DNA of 64,000 bases from Octopus bimaculoides (GCF_001194135.2 NC_068990.1:12986915-13050914); one strand, 5' to 3'. Counted from the first letter of the stretch, positions 35,660 through 49,466 are shown. The notes: a model not told the origin generated them from the letters alone. Program-made: numbers and translations.

Positions 35660-37330
35660 ATTTGGCAGGTCACTGATCAATTTAGATGAATCTAAAGCTT
35701 TCCGCAAGGTTAACCATCATAACTTGGCAACTGTCCCAAGTGCAGCTGGACTTGCTCCCATCTTCTAAGACTGGATTGCTACAATGTACAATCACATCTG
35801 TCCACTGGTCAAACTCAAAAGTCACCTTTTTCCATCACTTAAATTCACCTGTCAAAAATAATCATCTCCTCTGTTTAATACTTTTTGAAGTTCAAGCAGG
35901 GGCTGGAATATTTGAGGGGTTCTTCACTTAAATTGCATTAGAGCAGAGCTGTGGATACCTACGTGAATGATGTCATCACCATGATGTTGGACACATCAAA
36001 ACCTGGGGTGATTGTTACTATACTGCAGAAGATTGGAACATGTCAGTGAGTTTGTAATTTGAGTTAAGAGATACAAATCTGTATGAGTTGGTAGCATTGC
36101 TGACTGAGGCTCTGATTAAAGTCCTTGGACATTTGTTTAGACCAAACCGCCAGAAAAAGAGAAAATATGAGAAGAGGCAATGAGTAGAGTAACTAGTTAT
36201 GTTCAGAAATACGCTGAGAGGAATCTGTCTGCAAAAGTTTGTGTAGAAATAGATAACACCAGTATTGTTGGTTCCATAACGTCACTTCATCTTTTTGTAC
36301 CCTGTCACAAGAAACATTTGCCCATATTGATTGAAGTGATTGCTCTTTTGCTTCTTGTAGAAGAATAAGTTCTACTGGTGAAGATATTCATCTAGGGCCA
36401 ACACAGAAGCAACTGCAGAGATTTCTAGACAATAACAATGCTGGATATGTGTGGTCATCATTCATGCAACACAATTTTCTACATTTCATGTATTTCACTG
36501 AACTACAGTCCAAGATCAAGTGCAGGTCAGCATTTGATGTTTGGCAACTATAATTACAGTAAAATCAGCTGTACAATACATTTGGTGGAATATCAAGTCT
36601 TGTAGTCTACTGAAAGTAATGGACGAGATGTGGATTGAGGATTACTGACAATTATAAATAAGTCCTTGGCCTAGCATTACTACAGGGAGTAATGCTTGTT
36701 TCAGACCAACTCTACCCACATGGAAGTGCCATAAGCTGGGCCTGTGTGAAATTTATGCAGGGTAATCAAATTCTGATGTACATGCTCCTTCAGTGTTTAT
36801 GCATTGCTGATTTGTGAGCTTGTGTCAAATAATTGCTTTCATTGTAGGAAAAATTCAGCTTTCACCTGAGTCTGCAATGAAGGTTGATGGCTGTACTTCC
36901 TTGTTTCCACAAGGAAGAGCATGTAGTCTTCCTCTACCTTGAGGCTATAGTAAAAAAATCTTGTGTGGTTGAAGTGACTGAATGTTTTTTTAGGAAATGA
37001 TGAGGACCAAGTCCTCATCAACTTCAAATATCATTTAAAGAAGAGAATAATGGGAAGAAAGAAAAAAACTACTGCACTCCAGATTGTTTTATGAAAGGTG
37101 ACACAAACATGATATTCATGAGGCTAAGTGGGCCTGCTCTGATTATAAGTATATATCTGGACTTGGTAAGGAGTGGTCATCTAGAGAGGATGTAGTCAAC
37201 TGTCACATTGAACTGGTTGTGTTTGCTCTCTTTTTTTCCTTTTTTGTCTTTTGTGGTTGTTTGTGACTCAGTATTGCTTTTGTGCATCTGCTATCAGATT
37301 TTCACTTTTTGCTTTTAATCTACACATTTT
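35660..37330 (+). mobile_element. Decayed L1/Tx1-clade LINE ORF2 (RT domain to C-terminus) with a T-rich 3' UTR
   Basis: INLDESKAFRKVNHH (LDQxKAFDRVxH motif), a degenerate YADDVT motif near 35955-35980, and a C-terminal FKYHLKKRI segment near 37025; many stops and frameshifts. Confidence 0.7.
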
Positions 37331-37935
37331 GAAGCATTATTGACTTTCACTTTGGCTTAATTCTCTTCTGTTGAATCTTAGAGGATATTGGTTTCAGAAG
37401 TCCATTTTGATTTCATCTTCCATGGGTTTTCTAATGCTTTCAGTTGTTTAGCTCTTATCTAAGTCTGTTATTTTACTGAAATTTATTTCTTGTTTATATA
37501 TCATCATTTCCTTTGATGAAGAGGAATGCTTTGCTTAATTTTGTTTTTCTTTTGTTGTTCCTTTATTACACATAACAGTTTCTACAAGATTGGATTTTAA
37601 GTATTTTTACAGATCTACTGTTGTTATTTTGTAGTAGTTTTCTATTTGTATCAGGCCATTCTCCTTATATGCGACTTGGATTTAATTTGTTTATATTACT
37701 TTTGGACTAATGGCTTCAGAATGCTTTCAGGTGATTCCTTGTTGCTCCCTCTAAGATTTTCAATTCACTTCGTTTCTGGTGTATTATGTTGAAGATATAA
37801 TTTATAACAAGAACAGCTAGTATATTAATACTCACCATCTTATTTTTTGTACTAAATTAAATTTTTAATGTAAGATTTCTCCAGATATCTTTTTCTAATT
37901 TCCTCTTTATCATTATTATTGTTGTTGTTATGATG

Positions 37936-38011
<76 letters not shown>

Positions 38012-38025
38012 TTTTTATTAATATT

Positions 38026-38233
38026 AAGGCAGCAAACTGGCAGAACATTTAGCACACCAGGTGAAATGCTTAGCAGCATGTCATTTGTCACTATGTTCTG
38101 AGTTCAAATTCTGCTGTGGTCAACTGTGCCTTTTATCCTTTCGGGGTCAATAGAAAAAGTACCAGTCAAGTACTGGGATCAATGTAATTGACCTCCTCCC
38201 CCAATTTCAGGCTTTGTACATAAACTAGAAAGG

Positions 38234-38266
<33 letters not shown>

Positions 38267-38790
38267 TAGGCGGCAAGTTGGCAGAATTGTTAGGACATCA
38301 GGCAAAATGTTTAGCAACATTTAGTCCATCTTTACGTTCTGATTTCATCAGTCTTAATGTTCTGAGTTCAAACTCCACTGATGTTGACTTTGCATTTCAC
38401 ATTTTTGGGGGTCAATAGAATAAGTTCCTGTTGAGTACTGGGGTTGATGTAATCGACTAGTCCCCTCCCCCAAAATTTCAGGCCTTGTGCCCGTGATAGA
38501 AAAGATTATTATTGCTATTATCATAGACACATGACCTGAAATTTGGGGGACAGAATTATTCGATACCACCAACCCCAGTGCTTGACCTGATGACCTCAGC
38601 AGAACTGCTAGACTATTGGACAAACTACCTTGTGGTATTTCTTCCAGGTCTTTACATTTTAAGTTCAAATCCTCTAAACATCAGCTCTGCCTTGTATCCT
38701 TTCAGGATGTATAAACGTAATACCTGCCAAGTACCGGGAACAATTTAATTGATAAACTCCAATACTTAAAACACTGGCCTTGTTTTAGAA
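38026..38790 (+). mobile_element. Cluster of ~4 same-orientation family D SINE copies
   Basis: Repeated ggcagcaaactggcagaa / ggcggcaagttggcagaa / gacctcagcagaac heads and ttctgagttcaaa B-boxes, separated by (ATT)n tails. Confidence 0.85.
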
Positions 38791-39659
38791 GTGCTTATTA
38801 TTTTTAGCTCTATTTTGTCAGAAAATATATTGGGCTTTCACACTCCATTAATCTTCTGCAGGTTTCCATCTAACTGCTGTTAAATCAAAGCATCTTTTTT
38901 TTATCACTAATGTATAAAAGCATTTCAGGTGAGAGCTATCAACATAAAAATAATGTTGACAATTTAAAAGGTCATTTTAGAATATCGTTTAAAAATTATA
39001 TACAAAAAGTCACATATACATTTTAAGAAATATGTGTGCAAGCGTTCATACAAATAGTTACAGTTTTATAATAAACGGTTAGTGTAAAAATAAAAATATT
39101 AGTCTATGTGGTTTGTTGGTTATTAAGTTTAGGTATATTAAACAGTAGGATTTATTTTTAAAAAATTCACCTCGATATATATATTAATCAACTTTAGAAT
39201 AACATACTGCATTAAAAAATATCGAATTGAACTTTTGTAAAGTTTTCTTTTGAAGTAATTTGCATTTTGTACTAATGAGATAAGTTTAAGTTTAAAGCAA
39301 TATAATATTTTCCTTTTTATGTATTAGATATATTAAAACGTCAGAAATAAAATTTGATCATTTTCAGATGTACTAACAGAAAATTATAAAGTTAATTACA
39401 ATATATCCAGCTGGAATTCATTTGTTTTGTAACATTTTGAATAATTTATTCTTTCACCATATTCCATATTTCAACATGCAAGAATATTTGTAATCTAGCT
39501 TGAAATTTTGTTAAAAACAGATACATGAGAATTTTAAGTTGTTTCAGTAATTTCCTGTCTTGAAAATTTATTTAAAAGTTATTTAAACTTTAGTAAAAAT
39601 AAATATTAAAAAATTACAATTTATTGTTTTGAAAATGGAGAGATTCAGAGTGTATTCCT

Positions 39660-39980
39660 AGATATGCAATGCCTGGATAGAGGACTTTCTGATAATAGTT
39701 GAGACATCTTTGCTCATGATTATGCTCAGCAAGGACTAGCCTGCTGATTAAAATAACTTCGATGCGGTTTCTTGGCCTACTAGAAATGGAAGCCAAATGT
39801 CCTTCAAACCATAACCTACCATCTTAAAAAAAAAAAAAAAGAGGACACTTTGAATAATGTAGTGCAAGAGAGACTAATATTAAAAATAAAACAGGATGGG
39901 ACTTTTATGTCTTCAAGGTCTATGATGATATGCGTGCTCAACCAGATTCAATCAAAACTTAAAAAACAAAAGCAATAACA
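39660..39980 (+). mobile_element. SINE family F (cctactagaaa..gcagccaaat core)
   Basis: Shares ggcctactagaaatggaagccaaatgtcc...ggacactttgaataatgtag with 56945-57130 and 63055-63205. Confidence 0.6.
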
Positions 39981-40419
39981 ACCCAAAGGCATTCTTTTAA
40001 ACTGAAATCTATCTTAAACTGTCCTTTTCTCACCTCATTACCAATTTCTAATTTTAATGAATTTGGTTTCGGTATTTTATTATTATTTTCTTCTTTTGAG
40101 TTGTTATACTCACCTTAGAGATTGTTATGCATTATTCAACAATGTTTAGCTCACATTCAGATGTAACATCAACCAATTAAAGTTATTAAGCTTGTTGCAT
40201 TAAAGATCAGTTGCACTCTCTCCCTTGCTTTATTGCCTTTTAANNNNNNNNNNCAGATAAGAAATATTCCTCAGAAAAACTAAATTGTTTTTTTCCCTAA
40301 TATTATAGATACATATTTGTTGAAACGATTCTTTGGACACTGAAAAAGCTTATGAAGAAATATAGTTTTCTAATTATTTATAATAACAGCTATAATAAGG
40401 GTTTCAAATTTTGACACAG

Positions 40420-40590
40420 GGACATCAGTCGTTAAGGGGAGGAGCAAGTTTGATTACATGACTGATACTTATTTTATCGATCATTTGACCGTTCTTTTTA
40501 TCCAACTTGGTTGAATTTGAACTCAGAACATAAAGATGGACGAAATGTTGCTAAGGATTTTGCCTGGCATGCAAATGAATTTGCCTGATT
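40420..40590 (-). mobile_element. SINE family D (degenerate)
   Basis: gaatttgaactcagaacataaagatggacgaaatgttgctaagg is the reverse complement of the family D head. Confidence 0.7.
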
Positions 40591-41697
40591 TCTGCTTTAA
40601 TAAAAGCTATGATAATAACAGAAACAACTTTCCTAGAATTAAAATATTTTCCTAATATTGTAGTTTCTTGACAGCAAATATCATGTGACTTGTCTTGGTT
40701 TTATAACACAAAAATCTTTCATTTAAAAATATTAATATTTAAATACAAACCTTCCATTTTACATAAGAGCCTTTCTATTAAGTTATATTCCAAACACCAG
40801 GTTAGTGAAAAAAAAAACCATTACTACTTTAACTAAACTTTGACAAATTCTGAATTATTTTCAAAATTAATTAAAAGATATAGGTATGTATTATCTCCTT
40901 ACAAATATGGTCCAACAAGGGTTAAAGAAGAAATTAGAATACTTCAGAAATAAGATTACATCGAAGTAGACTGTTTATATATTGAGAGTGCAATACTCAA
41001 GTCGACAGCCTATTCAATATGTCAACTGTTTTTGAAAGCTGAAGCGTTAATGCGTAAACTGTTGTAGTTAATACATATCATTATTGTTATGAGAGTTACA
41101 TATGCAATAACAATAAAATTTAGTGTATTTTATTTTATTCTTTTGCTAGTTTCAGTCATTGGACTTCAGCCATGCTGGAGCATCCCTTCCAGGGCTTTTA
41201 GTCAGTCATATCGACCAGTACTTTGTCTGGTACTTATAAGATTGTTGTTCATATACGAGAGAAAATATGAAGTTGATGCGGGTGTAAGGGGAGACATTTC
41301 CGTCTGACACATTAATACCATAGAGTATTTCTGATCGAATGCACTAGCTATTATCCAATGCAGAAAGAAAGAAACACACACACACACGTATATATATATA
41401 TATATACATACACATGAGATTCCATAGCCTGTTTTCCTTTCCAAACCACGCACATAGAGCTGTTTCTTCCTCTGTCAGCAAATACATTGTATACACAAGT
41501 GTAATGTTTCCATTTGTTGTAGCGTACAATGTTTGCTAAAAATTCATGGATCCGCTCTACAGTATATTACATACACACACACACACAAACATATGCACAC
41601 ACACATATATAAATATATGTATCTTTCTAGACAAGCTGGATGACCACGTTTTACTCCTATTTTCCATTCCATACACATAAGCTTGCATATGTGTGTC

Positions 41698-41734
<37 letters not shown>

Positions 41735-41740
<6 letters not shown>

Positions 41741-41952
41741 TGTCCCCCCCACATACACACACATATGGCCTAACAACTGGTGTTCATTTGTTTACATCCT
41801 CATAACTTAGCATTTTGACACAAGAGATTGATAAAATAATTACCAGACTTTGAAACAAGTAAGTACCAGGGTCAGTTTGTTTGACTGAACCCATCAAGGT
41901 AGTGCTCCAGTTTGGCCACTGTCTAATGACTGAAAAAAGTAAAAGATAAAAA
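41735..41952 (+). mobile_element. SINE family A 3' half
   Basis: After (GT)n: aacaactggtgtt...gtgctccagtttggccactgtctaatgactgaaaaaagtaaaaga. Confidence 0.75.
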
Positions 41953-43244
41953 ACACCAAATAAGTGAGTTTCTGTGCTAGAAATAGGTGTTGTGTCTCCC
42001 TCAGATACTAATCTAATGCAGTGCTTTCAAAAGAGTGTGTTGTGACATTTTACTACCACTTAAATGTGTGTCATGACAGTTTTCTGAGCCACCTTTTGGT
42101 GTATCAAGAAATAAAATCGATTTTGTTCAATTTTTATGAATACTTGGCTGTGAAGTATGTGTGATATCTGACAACTCTGTGTGTAATTAGACAACTGACT
42201 GGTGACACCTGATATGATATTTAATTGCTAATGAAACTTAATTAATGTGCCATGAATGTGAATAACTTGGAAAGTTCTTAAATAATGTCCAAACGATTTT
42301 TATACTAACTAGACTAAGACCACATCTAGGGAGTGAGAAACTCTAGGGAGAACAGCAGGTCTTCAGAAAAGAATCTACACCATTCATACAAGTGTTTTAG
42401 CCCTTACATTCTTTACATTCTAAAGGGGCCAGGCTATATCCAAGTTATGACTCCTGGGTACTCATCTGCTGCTTCACTCTTTGCGGTTATTTGCATTGCA
42501 GCCTTCCTGAATGGTTCGGGTACCTGAAACCCAAGGTTCTTTGCATGTTGTAACCAGTTGGTCGTAGAGTAACTTATGCTTTGAAATTCACTTCAATTTC
42601 GCCTTGACTAGATCCAATTGGAATTCTTCTCTGCTTCTGCTATTACCTTTGTCCTAGAAACTGTGAGCCACTTTATGACAATGTTATAAGATCTCCCATT
42701 TTTTTTACAACTGTTTGCATAAATGTATGTTTGAAATGTAGAATCATGGTAATTGGTATTGTGTGCAGACCATCAGCAGAAAGACAATGTTTGTTACACA
42801 TTTGTTAGGTTTATGTTACTTAACCCATTACCTCCCATAATTCTATTATCTGGAATTTTTTTATGAAACTTTGATTTCTAGCATAAAACAGCCTTAGAAA
42901 CACGTTGGAGTGATCAAAATAACATTTTAAATAGAAATAAGCGAGTTATTGGGTGAAAAATTAGCAAACCTCATTTGAATATCAGAGAAATATACCTAGT
43001 AGATATAGCAAAAAGGTTAGATATGTGTAAATTTTGACAGATAATTATGAAATTGTAATTTTTAAGTGATCTCATATGAGATCACTGCTAGGTAATGGGT
43101 TAAGGTGTTGATGCTGCATTATTAGCATGCTTTGGTTCATGTGACCTTGATGATTTTCAAGCAGAAACAAGATGAACATTGCAAGGGATTATATATAATA
43201 ATTATATAATATNNNNNNNNNNNNNNNNNNNNNNNNNNNNNNNN

Positions 43245-43276
<32 letters not shown>

Positions 43277-43630
43277 CATACATATGTGAAAGAATATAAG
43301 GATAAAAATCTTGTTAATGATTTTTATCAATTAGTCAGCATGCTATAAAAATTTATAGGCAATTAATACATTAAATTAATAATAATGTATATAATTATAT
43401 CAAGAGAGATCGGGTGAGAATGACCTTTCTCCAGCATGCTTAAAGTGCCGATACCTTCAAAAACTACCAAAAACTCCAGCTAAAGTATATATGTTGCTGA
43501 AATCAGGTTTGTGAGAGAAAATTAAAAAAGACCTCGCGTTAATATATATATAAATGTATGTATATATGCATATATAATTATACATATATAGATATACATA
43601 TGTATATACATATCTACATATACACATATA

Positions 43631-43814
43631 TACATGGGGTTCTGGGAATTTCTTGGCTTTGGGTACAGGAGAATTGGTTCATTATGATTTTATTTAACGT
43701 ATTCCTCTCTCAGATTCACACACTTATTGCAGCAGTCCTTCAGTTTTCTAAGCCCTGTAAAAGAACTCAGAAGGTTGGGTCTCCAACCAAGCATTTTGCA
43801 ATATCCTTAAAACC
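43631..43814 (-). mobile_element. Mariner-derived MITE, third copy (right end truncated)
   Basis: ctctctcagattcacacacttattgcagc...ctaagccctgtaaaagaactcagaagg is shared with 12446-12663. Confidence 0.8.
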
Positions 43815-44312
43815 ACAGTCTACAAAAGTCACAAAGTGAATCAGATGCTGAGAGTCTCATGAATTGGGATTTGTCAAACTGGTTTCATATAGAGGGGTCA
43901 TAATATTTATTCTGGTGAACGTGACATTTCCATGGATTGCTCCTGGAACAGTTACAATACCATGTGGTTAATGCATATTTTTCAACTAGTATGCCTGTGA
44001 AGCCATTCCATGAATAAATAAACTATGAAAATTTAAAGATATACTTACACACATAATAAAGTAACAGGCTAGACATTTGAAGAATTTGGATTATCCACTG
44101 TAATTGCTTTTATAATGTTTTCCAGAACAATCCAGGGAAATGTCATTATCACCTGTATATAAATTTGTGACCTTTTTATTTGAATTCAATTAGATAAGTA
44201 CCAGTGCATAAACTCTCGGCCCTTGGGTCACTTTGTAACTTCTGCGAATTATCAATAACAAAAAATGTGTATATACTCATGTTTTGAACTCAATTTTCAT
44301 GATTGCATCACC

Positions 44313-44403
<91 letters not shown>

Positions 44404-44407
44404 GCCA

Positions 44408-44530
44408 TTATCATCATCATCATCATCATTTAATGTCCATTGTCCATACTGGCATAGGTTGGATGGTTTGATTTGGCATGGTCTTCTATGGCAGGGTGCC
44501 CTTCCTAATGCCAACCACTCTGAAAGTGTA
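44408..44530 (-). mobile_element. SINE family B short tail fragment
   Basis: (CAT)n ttaatgtcc...gggtgcccttcctaatgccaaccactc. Confidence 0.75.
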
Positions 44531-44634
44531 ATGATTGCTTATTTTTATATATATATAAGTAGTATAAGATGTGAATTCAGAAAATCATGCGATTATATTC
44601 ACCTCTCTCATACTTCCTGACTTTACAGTTTGTC

Positions 44635-44864
44635 TTTACTCTCTGAGTTCTAATTCTGCCATGGTCAAACTTTGTCTTTCATCCTTTTAGGGTCGATAAA
44701 ACAAATACCAGTTATTCACTGGGGTTGATGAAATCGACTTACACTCTCCGAAACTGCTGGCCTAGTGCAAAAATTTGAAACATATATATGTCTACTACTA
44801 TAGTCTCAGGCCAACCAAAGCCTTGTGAGTGGATTTGATAAGCCGAAACTGGAAGAAGCCCATC

Positions 44865-44906
<42 letters not shown>

Positions 44907-45110
44907 TTTTGTGTCTGTGTCTGTCCTCTCACCATCGTTTGTCAACCGATATTGGCATGTTCATGTCCCCATCACTTAGTGATTCAGCAAAAGAGACCGA
45001 TAGAATAAGTTCTAGGCTTACAAGGAATAAGCCTTGTGGTCTATTTGTTTGACTAAAGGCAGTGCTCCAGCATGGCCGTAGTCAGATGACTGAAACAAAT
45101 AAAAGAATAT
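44635..45110 (+). mobile_element. Family D fragment (44635-44785) followed by a headless family A SINE (44788-45110)
   Basis: ctctgagttctaattctgccatggtc...ggggttgatgaaatcgac, then ggccaaccaaagccttgtgagtggattt...gtgctccagcatggccgtagtcagatgactgaaac. Confidence 0.85.
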
Positions 45111-45606
45111 GGTTTGATGTATGTATATGTATGTATGCATGCCTGTAAGTATGTATGGATGGATATCAGCATAGAATAAGGTCACTAAATAACGATGATG
45201 AGTGGAGATATGCTGTGGACGGTGGTTGATGAAGAAGGTTTAATTGAAAAGGTAGAAAATAAATACAGGTTAAACAGAAAATCCTTTGATAAAATCTTGA
45301 CTAAAATGTTATCAAAGAACTACAGTCATGGTCGTCTGATTTTGTTTTACAGACAAACACAAAAATACACAATCAGAAGCATAACATCAGGTTGGAATGT
45401 TTCCAAAACTTAATCAGATTTTGAATTAACGAAGGCACTTCAGTTTTAATTCTAGTCAGCAATTTCACCAAACTTTAAAACTATTCTAATGATTTTCTCA
45501 CAACAAATTGATAATACCAAGCTGAAGTTGGCAACAGCATGGGTTTGTCTCTTTTAGAGAAGACATCTTCACAAAGAAGGGAAATATTTCATGATAAATA
45601 TTTTAA

Positions 45607-45720
45607 GTGCAGGCTTGGCTGTGTGGTTAAGAAGTTTACATTGTAACCATGTGGTTTTGGGTTCAATTCCATTGTGTCACACTTTGGACAAGTGTCTTCT
45701 ACTATAGCCCTTGGCCAGCT
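45607..45720 (+). mobile_element. SINE family A head fragment
   Basis: gtgcaggcttggctgtgtggttaagaag...gggttcaattcc...tttggacaagtgtcttctactatagcc. Confidence 0.8.
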
Positions 45721-45726
45721 AATGTA

Positions 45727-45761
<35 letters not shown>

Positions 45762-46140
45762 CATTGTTATTATGCAAAAGTGTCGTAAGTCCAAAACGTT
45801 GTTTTTTCAGAAAATGAAAAAATAGTTTCACTGTTCCATTTCTTTTTTACATAAGCAGCAGTTTCAGTTTAACAATAATACTTTGTTGGGTGTATAATAT
45901 CGTAACTCCATGAATGTATGATATTTTCAGTCAGAAATATTTTTGTAAAACTGTCGTATATGGGGCTTACTACACTTTTGAAATGCTAAACTGCTGTACT
46001 ACACTTTGACAATTTTCAGCTGAAGCAGCTGGGGATACGATAGTTTAACCAAATGAACCAGCTAATATAAGCAAAATTAAATATTGTTAAAAGCGCATTT
46101 GGTCAAATTTGGCCATATGACAATTTAACATAATAGCAAT

Positions 46141-46176
<36 letters not shown>

Positions 46177-46694
46177 NNNNNNNNNNNNNNNNNNNNNNNN
46201 NNNNNNNNNNNNNNNNNNNNNNNNNNNNNNNNNNNNNNNNNNNNNNNNNNNNNNNNNNNNNNNNNNNNNNNNNNNNNNNNNNNNNNNNNNNNNNNNNNNN
46301 NNNNNNNNNNNNNNNNNNNNNNNNNNNNNNNNNNNNNNNNNNNNNNNNNNNNNNNNNNNNNNNNNNNNNNNNNNNNNNNNNNNNNNNNNNNNNNNNNNNN
46401 NNNNNNNNNNATATATATACAGGATGTCCTTGAATTACCTTTACAATTTGGAAAATTCAGAAAAGAATGAAAAATAAGGATAACTTAGAAAAATTTATTG
46501 GAAATCATAGACAAATCGGTAAAGTTTTATCAAAATCATCACAACTCTTGCACGTGGGCTCCATTGGTTGCATGCAAGTTTAATAGATACAATAAATTGT
46601 AGAAGCCATAAAAACGATTTAAGAACACTCTATATATACGAGTGTGTGTGTGTGTGTCCTTGTGTTATTTCCACCTGCCCATCACTGCTTTAAT

Positions 46695-46900
46695 CGATCC
46701 TGAGTGGATGAAAGGTAAAGTCGACCTCAGTGAAATTTGTGAAATTTGAACTCAGAATGTAAAGGCAGAGTAAAGACCACTTAGCATATTGTCCTGCAAT
46801 GCCAACAATTCTTCCAGCTCACCACCATTGATAATCCTTTCTACTATAGGCACAAGGCCTGATATTTGCGAGAGAGATCTTGTCAGTTGCATCGACCTGA
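46695..46900 (-). mobile_element. SINE family D
   Basis: ggatgaaaggtaaagtcgacctcag...atttgaactcagaatgtaaag...ctttctactataggcacaaggcctga. Confidence 0.7.
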
Positions 46901-46989
46901 GTGCTTGGTGGAATTGGAACACACGAATATAAAGAGTCAGGCTAATGATTCTGCTGTTGTTATTATGACGATGATAGAAGTTCAGTCAT

Positions 46990-47345
46990 AATAGCATGGT
47001 ATGAAAGTATGCTTCCCAATCTTATAGTTTTAGGTTCAGTACCAGTGTCTAGCCCTGGGACAACCAGAACCATGTGAGTGGATCTGGTAAATGAAAACTG
47101 AACGAAGCCCATTGTATATACATATATGTATGTGTGTGTGCACATATATGTTTGTGTTTGTCCCTCACCACCACTTGACAACCAGTGTTGGTTTGTTCAT
47201 GTCCCCAAAACATAGAGTTCAGCAGAAAGAAACTGCTAGAATAAGTGCCAGGCTTTAAAAAAAGTACTGGGGTTAATTTTTTGGCTAAATCCTTTAAAGT
47301 AGTGCTCCAGCATGACTGCAACCTAATGACTGAAACAAGCAAAAC
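46990..47345 (+). mobile_element. SINE family A (degenerate head)
   Basis: gtgagtggatctggtaaatgaaaactgaacgaagcccattg...gtgctccagcatgactgcaacctaatgactgaaacaag. Confidence 0.8.
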
Positions 47346-47346
47346 T

Positions 47347-47712
47347 AATTCTAACAAGAGCACTTAGAGAGTGCAAACCTCCACCAAGGCAACCCCAACG
47401 TCCTCTTAACAATTAGCCAGAGATGATTTTTAAAATGAGAATATCTGAAATAAACTTGACTGTTCTCACAAACAAGAATAGTAAAAATGAACCCAACTGC
47501 TCTCAAAAATTAAATAAAAAAAAAAACAGGAAAAATAATCCAGAATCCTTGTCTAGCACCAAATTGATCCCAAAATCTAATCAATTCGTGCCAGTCACAA
47601 GGCCAAACACCCCTGAAAGTTTCATCTGAATCCATCCAGCAGTTCTGGAGATATCTTGTCCATGGACAAATAAACAAACAAACAAACACGACTAAGGCAG
47701 AGGGAATAATGA
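47347..47712. mobile_element. Non-autonomous Helentron/Helitron-like element (HINE/DINE-1-type architecture)
   Basis: 5' taacaagagcac..agagtgcaaacctccaccaaggc, internal aagtttcatctgaatccatcc..ttctggagatatcttg, a (CAAA)n tract, and a degenerate 3' hairpin aaggcagagg followed by aataat. The family assignment comes from recalled architecture. Confidence 0.6.
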
Positions 47713-48231
47713 TAATATCTCTAATGTCATCCAAGTCCTTCATCCGAAGGCAAATTTCATTTGTTTGTAAATGAAATGGAAGATTAGAAGAAGAGGGCTT
47801 ATTGAGTGAAGGGAGAACAAAGGTCTGTAAATGACTACCTTGCAAACAGTGCAGAAGAACCACTTAAACATTCTCTAATAGAATTAGGTTTTACTTGTGT
47901 TGAATGTGAAGAGACGAATGCATACCAAATCAGGACAATACATCAAGGAGGTGTTAGGAGAAATGCTGTTACAGAAAATGAGAAAAATTCTGACACAACA
48001 TAGCAGTGATTCAAGTGTTGAGAATTGAGAGAAAGTGAAAGTTTGTGTTTGCTGCAGATCAAGCTCTAAACCCTAGTTCAGTGGATAAAAGTATTTATGC
48101 CATTGTTTCAACAAACAAGTGATGCCTATGTAATCAGTGAGTAAAAAATATTGTGTATATTGAGTGCCATGCAACAAAATTTTAGCTAAGAAAAAATACA
48201 AGGGCTGTCTTAATAAAGTAAAATACACCAG

Positions 48232-48451
48232 TCTGAGTGCGGCCGTTGCCAGTACCGCCTGACTGGCCTTTGTGCCTGTGGCACGTAAAAGCACCCACTA
48301 CCCTCTCGGAGTGGTTGGTATTAGGAAGGGCATCCAGTTGTAGAAACTCTGCCAAATCAGATTGGAGCCTTGTGCAGCCATCCGGTTCACCAGTCCTCAG
48401 TCAAATCGTCCAACCCATGCTAGCATGGAAAGCGGACGTTAAACGATGATA

Positions 48452-48482
<31 letters not shown>
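48232..48482 (+). mobile_element. SINE family B (well preserved)
   Basis: gtaaaagcacccactaccctctcggagtggttggtattaggaagggcatccag...catgctagcatggaaagcggacgttaaacgatgat. Confidence 0.92.
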
Positions 48483-48485
<3 letters not shown>

Positions 48486-49099
48486 AATATATATTTAATA
48501 TTGTTATAAGCAATCAGTCATTACACAGCATTTAGAATTCAGTTGACAGTATGCTTATTTGGAAACAAAATTGGCTTTATGCATATTTAAAAATTTTTTT
48601 CTTTTCTTTTTCTTCTTAGTATGAAGGATTTCACAGCAAAATGTGTGCATTACATGTTAAAGAATGTAACTAAGTAAAACATTGTCCTAGTAACTTGTTA
48701 GGTTCTTAACAAGTGTTTTGAAACTTCTAGCTTGTATGCTAATTGTCATTAATGTGATTTCAAATTCAATTCACCATTTTAAAGAAATTAAATTTTCATT
48801 AATCATTTTCTGTTATCTTCTTCATTCTGTGTCTGTGTGCAGCATAATTAAGATAGCTTCCAGACAAATAACACATGCAGGTGGAGCTTATATGTGCTTT
48901 GTGGCTTTAATATATTTGAAGACAGATATATGAAATAGTAAAATCATGTTAGAAAACTAGTTTGCTGGAAAAATAGTAATAGAATTGATGTAATCTCGAC
49001 AATTAGGCAACGTGTTGTTTCTCTCCCACTCAGTCAATAAATGTCTGTATGTATGTATATAATTTATATATATATATATTAACCAAAAATAATCTCAGA

Positions 49100-49400
49100 G
49101 AAATAAAACCAATTGGCCAATGGAATATACACAAATGACAGAGACAAACACAGGTATATCAAATACTATATAACATAAATTCTTGATTCATTAAGGCTAT
49201 GTCCACCTTGGGAGGATGTCATAATTACCAAATGGCAATGATGAGCTGCTCCATATGAATAGAGGAGACAAGTTCAAGAATCAAATATTTTCAGAAATTA
49301 ATATTCCATTAAGGAAAAGGACATGTTTATTTTGGCAATTAGGGGACAACTGTGGACATATGTTTCTGCCTCAATAGGTATTATCAACATGACATTTGTC
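49100..49400 (+). repeat. Unclassified interspersed repeat, second copy at ~61335-61600
   Basis: Shared ggt(a/g)tatcaaata...aacataaattcttgatt...aattaccaaatgg...tcaagaat...ccattaa(g/a)gaaa...cctcaatag. Confidence 0.7.
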
Positions 49401-49430
49401 CTAATCTTTTTCCAGCAGCCGAGGGACATG

Positions 49431-49463
<33 letters not shown>

Positions 49464-49466
<3 letters not shown>

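Noticed and set aside
42330-42700. Possible second HERO-like C-terminal remnant (RTKVIAEAEKNSNWI)
   Set aside because: Only a short motif is similar; too degraded to support a call.
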